Positions 12,561-26,845 of a stretch of DNA of 64,000 nt are shown piece after piece. The position numbers and the translations under genes were made by a program. Below the pieces are notes generated by a model that had not been told where the DNA came from, did no database searches, and saw only the letters and a program-made list of their open reading frames with translations. The DNA comes from Podarcis vaucheri (Eukaryota): assembly GCA_965113315.1 (NCBI GenBank), contig OZ220363.1, one strand, 5' to 3'. Position 1 is the first letter of the stretch; each line of letters starts with the position of its first letter.

Positions 12561-13176
12561 CAAGCCCACCAGAGTCTCCTGTGACAATGTTGGACCCAGC
12601 GGTAACCCCCCCCCCCCAAGCATTTAGTGAGAGGCGTGTACATAATGGCCTCCGTTAAAAGATATTGTGTTTCAGGTGATTTGCGATGACACGAAAGCTC
12701 GCTCTGTGTGTACTGTTTCATTGATGATAGCCGTTTCACCCATGGAAATTATCACTTGCAGTCATTAAATGATGAAATTTTATGTGCAAATGCTGAATTG
12801 GTGCATTGTATGTGTAGGAGATTGGCAATCATTAGCAATGGCTGGTTGTAAAATATAGTGTAAGACATATTGGCAAACAGTTTGCTGGATTACAACATCT
12901 GTACCAGTTCAAGGCTTCTCTGCATTCTGCTTCTGTGTGTTGCCCATTCTAACTACACGCAACATGTGAGATCTGTAATTTGTTCTGCCAATGTTTAAGA
13001 GCAGCCATGGGCCTCTCCAAAACTGATAGGAGCAGTTATACTTGCCATCAGTCCTGTGGAACTGAGGGAAACTGTGGGGCTAAAGCTTTGGGGGAAAGAG
13101 CCATGGCTCAGGGGTACAGCACATGGTCTTGTATGCAAAAAGTCACAGGTTCAAACCCAGGAACGTCCCCTGCCTA

Positions 13177-13696
13177 GGGGTCTTAGTTGACCACAGGTTT
13201 AGCATGATTAACAGTGTGATGCAGCAAAAAGAAAGCTAATGCTATTTTAGGCTGCATAAACATAAGTATTGTGTCCAGATGAATGGAAGTAGTAGTACCA
13301 CTCTATTCTGCCTTGGTCAGACCACACCTGGAGTACCGAGTCCAGTTCTGGGCATCACAATTTAAGAAGGATGTCAGAAGAGGGAGTTAGAGATGTCTAG
13401 CCTGGAGAACAGGAGACTGAGAGGTGATATGATAGCCATCTTCAAAATCTGAAGGGCTGTCACATGGAAGATGGAGCAAGCTTGCCTTCTACTGTTCTAG
13501 AGGGTAGGACCTGAACCAATGGATTCAAAGAAAGCAGATTCTGACTAAACTTTAGCAAGAACTTTCTGATGGTAAAAGCTGCTGGACAGTTGGACTGCTA
13601 GACTCCTTCACTGGAAGCTTTAGCAGTGATTTCTGCATTTCAAGGAGCAGAACTGGCTGAACCAATGGGTTCCATTCCAACTCTGCAATTCTATGG
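13177..13696 (+). mobile_element. Degenerate CR1 LINE 3' fragment
   Basis: gctaatgctattttaggctgcat...gccttggtcagaccacacctggagtac...ttccaactctgcaattctatg. Confidence 0.8.
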
Positions 13697-14809
13697 TTCC
13701 TCCACCACCACCTTTCCAAAGCAAACAGTTATTCCTGAAAGTTCCAACTCGGCTCTATTCCAAGGCAAACTAAGGAGAGCTTGGGAGAGGTTGCCCATCC
13801 CTAGATCACAGCAAGGCCACATTCAGAGAGGCCACTTTCAGAATATTCCAATCATTTCATTTGTCCACACCCTAAGATTTTGTCTACAGAAACACACAGG
13901 CTCACTAAATGGAATTTGCCATTCATATTATTAAGAGCCAACATACCCCCTAGCCATCAGATACCATTCATTTAAAAATGAGAAAAGAACAAAACAACAA
14001 CAATGCAGCTTAGGCTTTCATTTATATTTTCTTTTTTTACCCTTCCAGCCCTCTTGGTATAATTTTTCACAAGACACTGCACTCTTGCAGTTTCTTTCTC
14101 ATCTGTCCCAAAATACACCCAGCAATATAGCAAATAGTTTTTCTTTCTCACTCACTCTCTGTCTCCCTCTTAAGCTTGTTTCTAATGGAATGGTAATCTG
14201 TGTCCACAAAAGGATTTAGAGCATTCCATCATCAGTTTGCAGTGCCATTGGCATCTTTAAAATGCCAGGCGCAGAGCGTCGTTATTGGGGAGAAAGCCAT
14301 AAAATGCAACATACGAACAAAAAGTGACTGTACATTGTGACGGAGGTGGCTGAAAGAATTTTTCCCCCAGTAAGGAGGCAAAAGAAATGTACAACATCCT
14401 GGCTCTTCAATGGAGTAAGGCAGAGATGGGGTACCTGCAGTCCTGCGGATCATAATATCCAGCCAGCATTGCCATTGGTCGGGGCGATAGGAACTGTAGT
14501 TCAGGAACATCTCCAGAGAGCCACAAAGTCCCCCAGCTCTGGACTAAGGAATTCAGTCATCCCAGCTGCCTCCACATGTACTGCAGGAACCTCCCTTCGA
14601 ATGCCAAACCATGGCTTCTATCTTCCCTGCCTCCCCACCTCCCAATCTTAGATTGCAAGGTAAAATCTGATTTACATTATTACACCCCTTTGGGAAAGGG
14701 CCCGTCATTTTTGCTTGTCTGCCAGGTGCTACAAACATCTGTGTTTAGGTATAAATAATAATACCGAATGGTTTCTGTGTGTCTGCAAGGCTGGGTATAG
14801 TGTAATATA

Positions 14810-15027
14810 CAGTGGTACCTCGGGTTAAGAACTTAATTCGTTCTGGAGGTCTGTTCTTAACGTGAAACTGTTCTTAACCTGAGGTACCACTTTAGCTAAT
14901 GAGGCCTCTCACTGCTGCCGCCGCACAATTTCGGTTCTCATCCTAAAGCAAAGTTCTTAACCCAAGGTACTATTTCTTGGTTAGCGGAGTCTGTAACCTG
15001 AAGCATCTGTAACCTGAGGTACCAATG
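14810..15027 (-). mobile_element. MITE family A, copy 3
   Basis: Reverse orientation, TA-flanked. Confidence 0.85.
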
Positions 15028-16339
15028 TATTGGGTATACAAATACAGGTGTACAGGAGAATTTCCTGCTTTCTCTTTAGCAGCTCTGGCCTGCATAGTAA
15101 TACAGTAACATTCATCAGCCTTCTAATGAGATGTTGGTCTTAATAGCTGGAAATCTGGAGCATCTCTATAGCTATGAGGATCAAGGGAAATATCTGAAAT
15201 CATTTCTGCTGAATAATTAGCAACCAGAGGAAAGTAATCTCTCCAGTAATGAGTAGATGGGACCTTTTTTCATTTGGCACAAGTCTTAAGTTTTCTTCTG
15301 TTCCCCCTCAATATATACCCTACTAAGGAACAAAAGTACACATGACTTAAATTTGACTTTGCATCTAACATGTGAGCTTCTGTTGTTGTTTTTTGAAAAG
15401 CAAACTGTATTCATTGGGGAGAGCTGGAAATTAATGAGATCAAGGATGGCACAGAGAGGAAATGTAACCCTTTCTTCCTCTGCAGCAGTCGAGGAAAATC
15501 CCACGTATGATGCTTGTATTTGCTTTGAGGGCAAATACTCCATTGGTGGCAGTGTGGGATTTCCTCCCAACACAAATACTAGTTTGAGAGGATAGTTCAT
15601 CCTCCAGGAACACAAAAGGGGAAGAAGGGTTAAATTCCCTCTCCACAGCTGCTGGGATCTTATTAGTTATCAGCTCCCCTCTCTAGGCTGATGCAATTTG
15701 GATGCTGACCTGCCCCACCCCACACTGGCGGGGTGGGAGGTGCATTTAACCTCACCTCATATCTAGCTTGTTCCTAATTCTTCACACCTGCTGCCTTCAG
15801 ATTGGTGTTATTACTATGCTTGTTCTTCGGCCTGTAACAAAGAAATTAGAACAAATAATTAAAAGTATTGTCAAAAGAAGAAATGATAAATAGCAACAAC
15901 AATAACAACAACAACAACAGTTACCTCCAGTGCCTTTTTGTTATAGTAGTAAAAAAAAGAAAAGAAATGCCAGTACTCATATCTTGGTCAAAAATTCTGT
16001 GGGTACCAGCACAAAATGGCTGCCATGGGCAGTTGTAGGGCAGGAGGTGAAAGCAAAGAGGTCACAAAAAAGCCACTGGTTACTGCACCTATGGCTTTAG
16101 AGATCAACATAAGCAAAGAAAGGGGGAGATCCCTGCCCCATAGAACTTACAAACAAAATTTCAGTAGCAGGAAAGACAACAGGAGGAGGGGAGGGAGGAA
16201 AAAAAAGAGAGAGGAAAAGTTAATAAGCCTGGGGAGGGGAGAAACTAGGACTCTGATGCACGTTCAGTCTGTGCCAAGCATTTCAGTTTGCCAGATGGAA
16301 CAATCCGCCCCTCTCTTCTGGCATCCAGCTCTGGGGTTT

Positions 16340-17110
16340 TCCTGACACCCCCCCGCCCAGCTAATTTTTTTTGGGGGGTGCGGGGTGACAGAGAAATCCC
16401 CCTTACGAAAGCAGAATCCCTAATGAAGCTGATGGGCTCCATTAGGTGAACCCCGCTCAGGGGCGTTATCTGATGATCGCCCTGCTCAGAGTAGACCCAT
16501 TGAAATGAACGAAGCTGTTAGTCACGCCTATTCTTTTCCACGGGTCTGCTCTCACACAGCTCACAAATGCACCGTGCGGCCAGGGGGCTATAGCGAACGT
16601 GACGCTAGATCCCCGCTATTAACATGCACAGCGAGCCCGCGCCAAGAGCGAGTAGTTCGGCATCTCTTCTGGCAGGCTGGCCATTTCCCGGGCCACACAC
16701 TCCCAGCCCCCGACCCTTTCCTTCTCCCTCTCCCCTCTCCCCACTTCCCTCTCCCTGACGGTGCCTGACCCCCTTTTTTCCTCCCCTCTTGCCTCGCCCC
16801 TCCTTCCCAGCTGGTCCCTCCTCCCTCTTGCTCTGAATCTGGCGGCTGTGCTTTTCCTCGCAGTCACTGGGAGATGTGACAGCCTTTGGGATTGTATTAT
16901 CTATGAAAAAGCTATATCCGGAGTTGAAAAAATCTTGACGTGGCTCCCGGGCAGCAGGGATGGATCGTGGAGAGAATCTCAGTCTCGAGCGCCTTTTCCT
17001 TTATGGCAGGGACTGATTCTTTCCGCTGGTGGCTGTTCTCTCAGTACAGATGTGAGCACTAAACGGGGGGTGGGGGTGGGGAATAGGTCGGGAGGGGCAG
17101 CAGAGACTAA
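16340..17110 (+). promoter_or_regulatory. Candidate alternative PAK6 promoter (CpG-enriched, C-rich tract, G-runs)
   Basis: Mostly TE-free with elevated CpG, a long pyrimidine tract at 16700-16830, tgacgtgg near 16936 and G-runs at 17065-17097. Confidence 0.3.
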
Positions 17111-19912
17111 AGACTAGCATGTTACTGAAATGTCAGTGTCTTGGAAGTACAGGCTGTATGTCAAAAAGGGACCTTCTCTAATTGCTTAAGCCTCAGGTAT
17201 GCATTTTACATTTACTTACCAGGTCCAAATCCAGTTGTGAATTAAAATTGCTCTTGTGTGTTCTTTTTCTACCAGCTCAAAAAGTGTTTGATTTAGGCTT
17301 TTTGTATAATTTTTTGAATATTAAATGGGTGGTGGTGGTGGTGGTGGGGGGGGGAGAAATGCAAATACGCTCCAGGAGTGCTGGAAGCAGAACTGTAATG
17401 CACGAGAACAGTGTGGCTTCAGCAAAATGTAAGAAGGTTATTAAAACTGAAACAGGAGGATATTTCTCTCTCTCTTTAAAATCAGTTTTTGTGCATGGTG
17501 GGTCTCTCCCCCTCCCAGCAACCTTGCTAGTCTGACCTTTTAAACCATGTCCACCTGTCTGGTATGAGGCTGTGGTCTAAGATAGCTGGTGGAAATAAAA
17601 CACAAATGCTGCTAGGAAACCCGAGGTGTTATGAATGCAAAATTGGATGCAGTTTTCAACATCCTCACTACTTGTGAGCAAATATGTGTCTGCTATTGAA
17701 GGTGCCCATGTGTCTCTCTGAGCCAGGTAACTGTTGCATCTGCAGGTGTAACTGCCTTCCTTGGGTGTTTTTTTGGGGGAAATTGTGGTTGGATTCTGGC
17801 AGTCTTTGTGGGTGTGGGCTTGAGAGCTGGTCAAGAGTTCCAGACCACAACTGCAGTGTAAAAGTGTTTAGTCCATAACTCAAGAAGACTTTGAGTCATA
17901 GAAGAACGCTGTTGCTAATAGCTGCTCACCACAGCCATGGTTCCTTCATTCATTTCTTTTCAAAGCATCTGAAATTACTGAAGCATTGTTTTGGGGGTGT
18001 GGGGAAGGAAGAAATAAATGGTCCAGGGTCCAAAGAACCTTACAATTAGTTGGAGCCAAAGGGAACCTGGAGGAATATTAGCATGTTGGTCACTGGTTGA
18101 TCTTTTGTTTTGAGAATGAAGGAAGTTTCAAATGCATGTTTTGAATGAGGCATGGCAGCAAGTTGGGGGGAAAGTTATAGAAATTCACTAGGCTAGTGCA
18201 GGTAGATGAGCCAAATGTAAGATAAGAACATCAGAAGAGTCTTGCTGGATCAGACCAGTGGCCCATCTGGGCCAGCATTCTGCTCTCACAGTGGAGCTGC
18301 TGCCAACCCGTGTTGAAAATACTGAGCTAAATGGGCCAATGGTCTGGGCTCAGTATAAGGCAACGTCCTGTGTTCTGGCCATAGTGACCATTAGATTCTA
18401 GCAATGGTCGCTATTGCTGGAATCCAGAGCCATTGAGATTGCAATGTTATACCCACTTACGTGGGAGTAAGGCTCTTTTGACTCATTGGACTTCTGAGTA
18501 AATATGCATAGGGATAGTACTGTTAGTCTCATGTCTGTGGGCTGCCTTGAATGTGTCACGCAAGAGACATTTGCAAGCTGTTGGGAAATCACAACGTGGC
18601 AAAAAGGCTGACTGTGACTTGACTAGATGTCACACAATTTCCCACGCTAAGGTGGCATTAGTGTGGCTCATTTCACCTTCTGTGCACAGGCCCTTGGTAT
18701 GGGAGTGGCTCCAAGGGAATAACCAGTGAGGAGAAAAAGGAAGAGCAAAGTTTAAAGTAGCAAGATCACAAAATTACTGAGTCTGTTAATTATGCTGTTT
18801 GTTGTTGTTCTTATTTTGTGCTGAGGTGGGGCTTTCTGTTGGATGTTGAAGGGCACATTTGATTGGCTTGCCACTCTGCTTTCGGTGCCCAAGGTAATAG
18901 GAGGTGGTGGTTCTTTGGTTTTTTTTACAATTAAGGCTGTATTGAAAATAGCTTGGGGGACCACAGCTGACTGGACTTTGGGGACAATGGTGTAGATGAC
19001 AATGTTTTAGATGACAATCTCATTACTTCCTACATCAGATTATTTGTCAAGATAATGATAGGTATTACTCATACTCTCTTGACAGGTGAGACACTTGTTT
19101 AATATCAAGGGCACAACTTCCTGAACTCTTCTTATGACTCCTGGCTAACTCACTTTCATTTAGTAGCTCATTTGTATTGATGAAAGCTTCATGGTGCCTT
19201 GGCATCTTTCTGCTGCTACCAGCAACATTGCTAGGCATATATCATCTTTAGACATAGGAGTGGGCACTCATTTTTTTGTTTAGAGGGTCAACACTTCAAT
19301 CTTTCCCGCCCACAATGAACCAATTGCCAGCTTTAGTCCAATAGAAGCTGTTGACAGTAGTCAAAATCACTACCTCATGGATTGCCTCACTAACTGGGAG
19401 TATATCTGAGGGAACTACGGTGATCTTTTTAAGAACAGTGACACCCCCCCCCCACTTATTGAGTTTTATTCCTATCTTCCTTTTGTTTCTTACTAATTGG
19501 CATAGGAGCCAACTCCTAGGGGCCGAGGTCCTTTTGGCCCCCGCAATAAAATATTTGAGCCCTCTCCCCGGCAGTTGATGGGCATTGCAATTCAAATGGT
19601 GTGCATGTGATCAGTTATGTGGGGCGAGGCTTACCTGCCCCCTTCCCAATATTTTATTCAATGTGACACCCCTGCTGATGGGAGTAACAAGTAAGCAGTG
19701 AGCATATCCAAAATGCATATTGCTATTTATACCAAAACCGTCCTCTGTTTGTTGTCATGAAGCAGCAAATTCAGGCAGTTATTTGAAAGGAGAAGTGTTA
19801 ACAGAAGAAGGAGTGACAGCAGGTGTGTTTGTGTGTGATGGAATGGCGAGTGGAGTCAGAGTGAGTGACAAATACTCTCCGTCTCTCGAGAAGGGCAGTT
19901 AGGAGACAGTTG

Positions 19913-19915
<3 letters not shown>

Positions 19916-19962
<47 letters not shown>
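19916..19962. repeat. (GA)n microsatellite
   Basis: Direct reading. Confidence 0.97.
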
Positions 19963-19964
<2 letters not shown>

Positions 19965-20243
19965 CTGTTGAGTGGGAACAGAAAAAGAGAGAGAGGACTG
20001 CTTCAAAGGCTGGTAGTCAGAGTAGCTTTTCCAGGGGGGAGTCAGTGTGCTAGGCTAAACAGAACCATTGTTCCTTGTTTTGTACTTCTTCTTCTGGGTG
20101 TTATTTTCTATAAATAAATATGTTTAATTGCTTTACATTTCTGAATGTCTTTTGGTTTGGGGGAATATAGGGTAGCATATCTCACCCCATGCAATGCCTT
20201 TGGCTTATATAGTGAATTGTATAAAAGAATAATCTTCCTGTGG

Positions 20244-20333
20244 TGTATCTGAAGAAGTGTGCATCCACACAAAAGCTCATACCAACTTAGTTGGTCTCTA
20301 AGGTGCTACTGGAAGGAATTTTTTTATTTTGTT
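20244..20333. mobile_element. Penelope-like terminal fragment
   Basis: gtatctgaagaagtgtgcat...ttagttggtctctaaggtgctactgga; reverse copy at about 61375-61460. Confidence 0.55.
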
Positions 20334-22091
20334 GCGGTGTAGCAGTTAGAGTACTGGACCCGGGAGACCAGAGTTAAAATCCTGACTCATGCATGAAGCC
20401 CATAGGATAACTTTGGGTCTGTCACTATCTCTCGGCCTAACCTGCCTCAGAGGGTGATTGTGCGGATAAAATAGAGAGAAAGAGAAGTATTTATGTCACT
20501 GAGCTCCTGGGAGAAAAAATGAGGTATGAATGTAATCATGAATAAAAGTAGAGCTTTATAGGTGGAGGCAGCTGTGTATTTTTTTTTTGGGGGGGGGACT
20601 TAAGGGGAAGTCTAGACTTGGTAGTCAGGTAGGAGCCAGGGCCTTTTAGGGAACGCCTGGGACATCACGCCATTTTTGTTTGTATTTTGCAGAGAGCTAA
20701 AGAATAGACAGGAATCTCTGGGGAACTTTGGAGAAGTGGAAGCATGAGTGACCTATAGCAGAAAGGAAGAAGCCAAAAGTGTTATGAACTGCCCTCTGCT
20801 TGACCATTCCAACTGGTCATTAGAAGAATTAATAACTAAGAATTGGTACCTACGTTTGCTTATATCCTCCTCCCTCCATCTTCCTTTTATGTTGTATCTT
20901 TTAGATTGCAAACCTGAGGACAGAGACTGTCTTATTACTGATCTTTGTAAATTGTTGTTATTTTATTTTATTGACTTATATACCGCCTTATACCCGGAGG
21001 TCTCAAGGCAGTTGGGAGCCGTTTTTCAACAGAAGAACAGAGCATATGTTCTTGTGTGTATATCTATGTGTACAGTATGTGTGCAGTATGGTACTACAAT
21101 GTACAGGGGGACAATGTAAAGTAGCATAACCCAGTAGTGCTAGCACTGTGTCTGGACACTCTGAAATCTAGATGAATGCAAACCTGTGCAGGTGTGTGTC
21201 ATTGTGTAGGTTTGATATACATTGGACAGGTACATAGATGAGCTAGAATTTATCAACCAGTTTGCTGATCAGAGTGGCCAGCTCATCTCACACACTGTTT
21301 GCTAGTTCAGCAGTTTTCCTTTTAAGGCAAAGGCCCGGTTTGCATGTGACTGAGTGGTTATATGGTTTGGCTAAGTGTAAATGTGTGGATTTCTAGAGAG
21401 ATTTTGGTTCCTGTGCTTCCCCCCCTGTAAACCACCATGGTACAGCTTGTGGACTACCTTGGTTACACCTGGCAGAAGCAGATTTAGGGTAGCATGGTTG
21501 GTTCGGTCACACTGGGAGAATGGAGCACGGGAGGCAGGTGTGTGTACCTGAATGTTGGTGTCACACAGGGTGCTGCTGAAATTTTAGAACCCACGGTCTG
21601 CCACTGCAACTGGAGCAAGAGAAAGCCAGAAACCCAAGTTTGGATGTCACACTAAGCCAAACCATGGCTTACCTTGGGCAGCATGGCAGCTGCAGATTTG
21701 GGGGAGGAACTCAGCTGCTGTGATCTCCTCTGCAGGAACCTGTGTGTTCACACTAAACCATGGTTTAGTGCAAGATGGAGCTGTTCCGCCAGGTCTTTGG
21801 CCAGGGTTCAGTCTGACTCCCTCTCTCCTTTCATAAGAACTTGCATGAAAGTGGCCTCCCAGTTTTTCTCACAGGCCCATATAAGTTCAGCACAAACAGT
21901 TGGGCCTGGTGAGCATTTAATGTTCCCAGCCCTAATCTTCGGCTTGCCATCTGATTGGGTTTTATTCTGATCCTGATCTGATTTTAGGATGTATCTTAAT
22001 TGATTGCCTGATTTTATGTTAATGTGTTATACATTTGATGTTTGTTAGCCACTCTGAGCCTGGTTTTGGCCGGGGAGGATGGGGTATAAAT

Positions 22092-22092
<1 letters not shown>

Positions 22093-22127
<35 letters not shown>

Positions 22128-22130
22128 AAT
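22093..22130. repeat. (CAA)n microsatellite at an L2-type tail
   Basis: Direct reading; follows ggggtataaata. Confidence 0.92.
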
Positions 22131-22872
22131 TAGTGTTATGTGAAAATCAGGTTACCTTTAATCATCACCCCCTTTGTCTTTACCATTTAGATGCTTGTGT
22201 TTTGGGTTCCCAACTGTCTTCAGAGAAGGAATGGCTGCTCTACATCTTTCATGAGCAACATTTGAATCTTGTCCATTTTTAAACCTGTTCATTAATTAAA
22301 TCTAGGCTCTTTTGTGGGCACTGTGATGCAGTTTGCAGACAAAATGAACTTCCCTCTGAAGTCAGCATGTCACAGTAGTGCAGTATTATAACCATCCAGC
22401 TATTATGGACTGCGCTGACCCCAGAAAATAGGGCAGGATGGCAAAGAATACATTCAGAATATGTGGTACATATTTTTGCTTGGAGCTATGGTATTAGCTG
22501 TGACGACTGTGATGAACAATATGGAATGCGATCACGTTAGTAAGCGTGACACTGAAGTGTGATGCATAATGCAAATATTGCCAGAAAAGTCTGTGGCTGC
22601 TACAGTAGACATTATTCCTACTGAATTCATGCTCTGCCTCTGACCCAAATTCAGAGCAAAAATATCCCAACTGTGGTAGTGAGCAGGCTCAGGAGAGCTC
22701 CTTGTGAAGTTGAAGAGCTGTGCAGGCAACTGAAATCTGAACAGAGAGAAAGCTCTGCATGGGGAATGTGGGTCTCCAGCTGAGCCTTACAGTTGGAACG
22801 TGCGACTAGCTTCTTGTATTGTGGTCCAAAAATAAATAAATCAGCTTATTTTATCTTTCTCATCCAGGCACG

Positions 22873-23076
22873 ATGTTCCGCAAGAAAAAGAAGAAACGCC
22901 CCGAGATCTCTGCTCCACAGAACTTTGAGCACCGTGTGCACACCTCGTTTGATCCAAAAGAGGGGAAATTTATTGGCCTGCCTCTGCAATGGCAGAATAT
23001 CTTGGACACTCTGAGGCGGCCCAAACCCGTCGTAGACCCTTCAAGGATCACCCGGGTGCAGCTTCAGCCTATGAAG
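22873..23076 (+). CDS. PAK6: PAK6 coding exon 1 (polybasic N-terminus + CRIB/PBD)
   Basis: [33 protein letters not shown]...VQLQPMK is the PAK6 N-terminus. Acceptor ...catccag at 22867, 5 nt of UTR (GCACG), donor AAG|gtgagg at 23076/77; 204 nt, phase 0. Confidence 0.97.
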
Positions 23077-23174
23077 GTGAGGATGAAATATCTGAACTCT
23101 CCCCAATCATCTGGAATCTGAATTAAATATTCCCTCCTTTACATTTCAGCTTGTCAGATATGGAGGGGATGCAG

Positions 23175-23935
23175 CAACTCCCTTATAAAGAATGGTTGCA
23201 AGGTGTGGGATTTTATAGTTCAGAGATAAGGCAAATAAGAGGTGACATGATAGAAGTTTATAAAATTATGCATGGCATGGAGTAAGTGGCTAGAGAAGTT
23301 CTTCCTTTTTCTCTTATACTCAATTCATGGACACCTAATGAAGCTGAGTGTCAGAAGATTCAGGACAGATAAAGGAAAGTAATTTTTCATGCAATGCATA
23401 GTTGAACTATGGAACTGGCTCCCACAAGAGGAGGTGATGGCCACCAACTTGGATGGCTTTTTAAAAGAATTAGACCAATTCATGGAGGAGAGGGCTGCCA
23501 GTGACTCCTATGCATGATGGCTTTGCTCTGCCATCACAGCTGGAGGCAGCAAGAAGAAGAAGAGGAGGAGTTTGGATTTGATATCCCGCCTTTCACTCCC
23601 TTTAAGGAGTCTCAAAGTGGCTAACATTCTCCTTTCCCTTCCTCCCCCACAACAAACACTCTGTGAGGTGAGTGGGGCTGAGAGACTTCAAAGAAGTGTG
23701 ACTGGCCCAAGCTCACCCAGCAGCTGCAGGTGGAGGAGCGGAGACGCGAACCCGGTTCCCCAGATTACGAGACTACCGCTCTTAACCACTACATCATACT
23801 GGCAATGCTTCTGAATGCCAGTTGCTAGACACTACAGTAGGGGAGAGGGCTCTTGCTGGTCAGATCCTGCTTGCTGGTTTCCCACAGGCAACTGTTCAGC
23901 TACTGTGAGAATGGGAAGCTGGACTCAATTGTCTA
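23175..23935 (+). mobile_element. CR1 LINE 3' end interrupted by a SINE
   Basis: gaggtgacatgatagaagtttataaaattatgcatggcatggag...ggaggcagc|aatgcttctgaatgccagttgc continuity across the SINE. Confidence 0.75.
23551..23803 (-). mobile_element. Squam3-like tRNA-derived SINE, full length
   Basis: tRNA head at the right end, (TCT)n tail at the left. Confidence 0.75.
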
Positions 23936-25222
23936 TTTAGCGACTGTCCCTTTTCTGTGGAACACTCTTCTTGTTGAGATAGAACAGGCACCCACTATCC
24001 ACACATTCTGGAAACAATTGAAGACATTTTTGCTGCAACAGGCTTTCCCAGCTGGATGTTTGCCATGGGTGTCTATTTTATATGGTTTTAGATGTTGGCT
24101 TTTTAAAACAGTTTTTTTGTGTGATTAATACATTAGCAACAACTTTCAATGGTATAGGAGCCCTTTTCTCTTTCCCGTCTGGGCATTCTTAATCTCACTT
24201 CAGAATTGATGTTGTCCTTTATTTTTCTTTAACTGCCTAGATATAATCTCATTCCATCTTGGGAAAGCATGTGTGAAGCAAACTGTCTCGAAGCCCGTTC
24301 TGTTGCAGTAATCCAGAAATTATGAATATGGGAGATTGTTTGAGAGAGACTGAAGAGGCCAAGCAACCCCTGTTAAGTGGGCGCCTTGACCTGAGTGTTT
24401 GTTTCAGCCATTTCCTCCCCACCCCCCGCAACTCTTTTTTTATTAAATTATCACCACATACAGAGCAAGAAGCCCAACCCATCTGTCAGAGCCCGTCTCC
24501 TGAGCCAGCTGGGTGGCTGACAGAGCAAGTCAGACTGTTGACAAAAAGCAAAAGAGCACATATGCGTGCCTGCACAAGTAGATGGATGCATTTCCATGGC
24601 AGAAGTGGAGAGAAGGAACATCCTAGTCCTAGTGCAGATCCCCATGTTCCTGATAGAGCAGCATATTTGTTCGAGCTTTTCTCTGCCTATTTTAGATTCG
24701 CTACCACCGGCCAGAATAGGTAAAGAGAGAGGAAAGAGATAGTTATGGTTGGGTCATAGGATTGGCTTAAACCCGGATGGATGGATCAGGCCTTCCTGAC
24801 CGATTATGGAGTAGCACATATGCATATGTGAATGCTCTCTGGTAGTCCTCTACCATATTTATATCTATTACAGTGAACTGCATGTTTACATGAGTAAGGG
24901 AGTCAGTAGTCAGGAGAAGCTACTGTTTTGACTGCTGCAGTTACGGTAATTCAGCCTGTGTTTTATGAAGGCACTGCAGAGATGTTAGCAAAGGGAAGAA
25001 ATTCTCTTCTCACTCCAGGGGAAGTTTCCCCCCCATACGGATTGGGAATGGTGCCAGGAGAAGGCATGGGTATTGTATCGGGCCTCCCTGTGGTGAAATA
25101 GATGGTGTTAGTTAATAGATTCTTAAGCTTCTTACTTCCTAAGTAAATGAGTTGGCTAAGCTGCAAGGTAGATAAGGTGTGGGAGGGGCAGGTGTCTGGG
25201 ATGGAGAGACGTGTGTGCTATA

Positions 25223-25464
25223 CAGTGGTACCTTGGGTTACATACGCTTCAGGTTACATACGTTTCAGGTTACAGACTCCGCTAACCCAGAAATATTACC
25301 TCGGGTTAAGAACTTTGCTTCAGTATGAGAACAGAAATCGTGCTCCGGCGGCGTGGTGGCAGCAGGCGGCCCCATTAGCCAAAGTGGTGCTTCAGGTTAA
25401 GAACAGTTTCAGGTTAAGAACGAACCTCCGGAACGAATTAAGTACTTAACCCGAGGTACCACTG
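25223..25464 (+). mobile_element. MITE family A, copy 4
   Basis: TA|cagtggtacc...ggtaccactg|TA. Confidence 0.88.
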
Positions 25465-26845
25465 TATTACGTTCCAGAATCTACATTATTTGCACATGGT
25501 CACAATATGATTTGTCTCAGAATGGAGCCAGTTTCTTACTGTGGGCGAGTTGGTCGGTGAGAACATAAAGCTATCATTATTATAGATTTAGTATTGCAGA
25601 TGATTTCCCCCACAGCATTTTGATACATCACTCAGTAAGGGGTAGCAGACAGCTAGAACAAGACTGTGGATTGTATCCAAATAGCTGGTTCATCATGTGT
25701 GCATTTACTGTGGCTTAACTCCAAACTCTTCCCTTCTCATATTGTCTGCACAGACTGAAACAAGCCCAACTCCCTCAGCCCTATGATTGCTTGAACTGAG
25801 CCTCAGATATTACCCCTATTCCATTGTTGTCAAAAATGTGAGCTAGTGGCCAGAGTGGGGAGGGCTGCATTCACCTCGCGCCTATTCCAAAATCTCCTAA
25901 AGGCTCTCTGCACTGCTAGAGATATGTCTTTAATGCACGAGCAAGACTTTGGTTGGAGCTACTGCAGGGTGCGATGGTAGGAGCTGAATGGGTGCATCTC
26001 CTCCCCCCTTCCATTAATGCAACTATTGTTGTGTGTTTGTCAATGACTGAGCATGGCTCCAGTTTTTAGAACAAATAGCAATTAAAAACAAATAGCAGAA
26101 AACACAAATGTACTGTCTATCTGAGGCGTGGGGGGCGGTGGCTTTGCATGAGGTATATTTCTCAGCACCTTGCCATGTTAAGTCTGTTTGTAGGTAGCGC
26201 CAAGCCCTTTTCCAATTCAAGTACAGCATCACACAGTAGATGACCATCTCGATGGGGGCCCTGGAAGACCTGCTCCCAGTCTTGCAGGCGCTTTCCACCT
26301 ACGTGGGAGGGCAAGGCCCTGACGGACTCCAGCTACAAAAACTAGGGTGCTGAACAGAGACTTGGGCTGGGGGGTTGTTTGGGGTTTTTGTTGGGGGGGG
26401 AGTTGTTGCTCTCGAATTTTTATATCTTTATTTTAGATCTTGTGATTTATGTGGCAATTGTTCAGTTTGCTTGTGTATTTTAAATGTTTTATTTATTTAT
26501 GACTACTTTAGTCATGTTGTAGTTATGTATATTTCTATGTTGTAAAGTGCCTTGAGCATGGTTTGAACTGTGGAAAAGTGGCATACAAATAAAATTTTGT
26601 ATGTAATCTTTATTAAATTTGTATACCACCCTTCATCTGTAGATCTCAAGGCACTTCACAGCATATGTACCGTATGTATGCATGTAAAGCAGAATGTGCT
26701 TCATCCCATAAATCTCTAATTCCAGTGAGAGGTAGGTTCAAGTTACACACTCAAAATGCCTGAGAATCTTCTGAATGAATCTTCTGAGAATGCCTGAACA
26801 GGTGACCACAGAACGTTAACATAGCTTTTGTTTGTTTTGTGGTAG

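Noticed and set aside
19780-20130. LTR-like segment around the (GA)n tract
   Set aside because: Has an AATAAA, but TG...CA ends and a TSD could not be defined.
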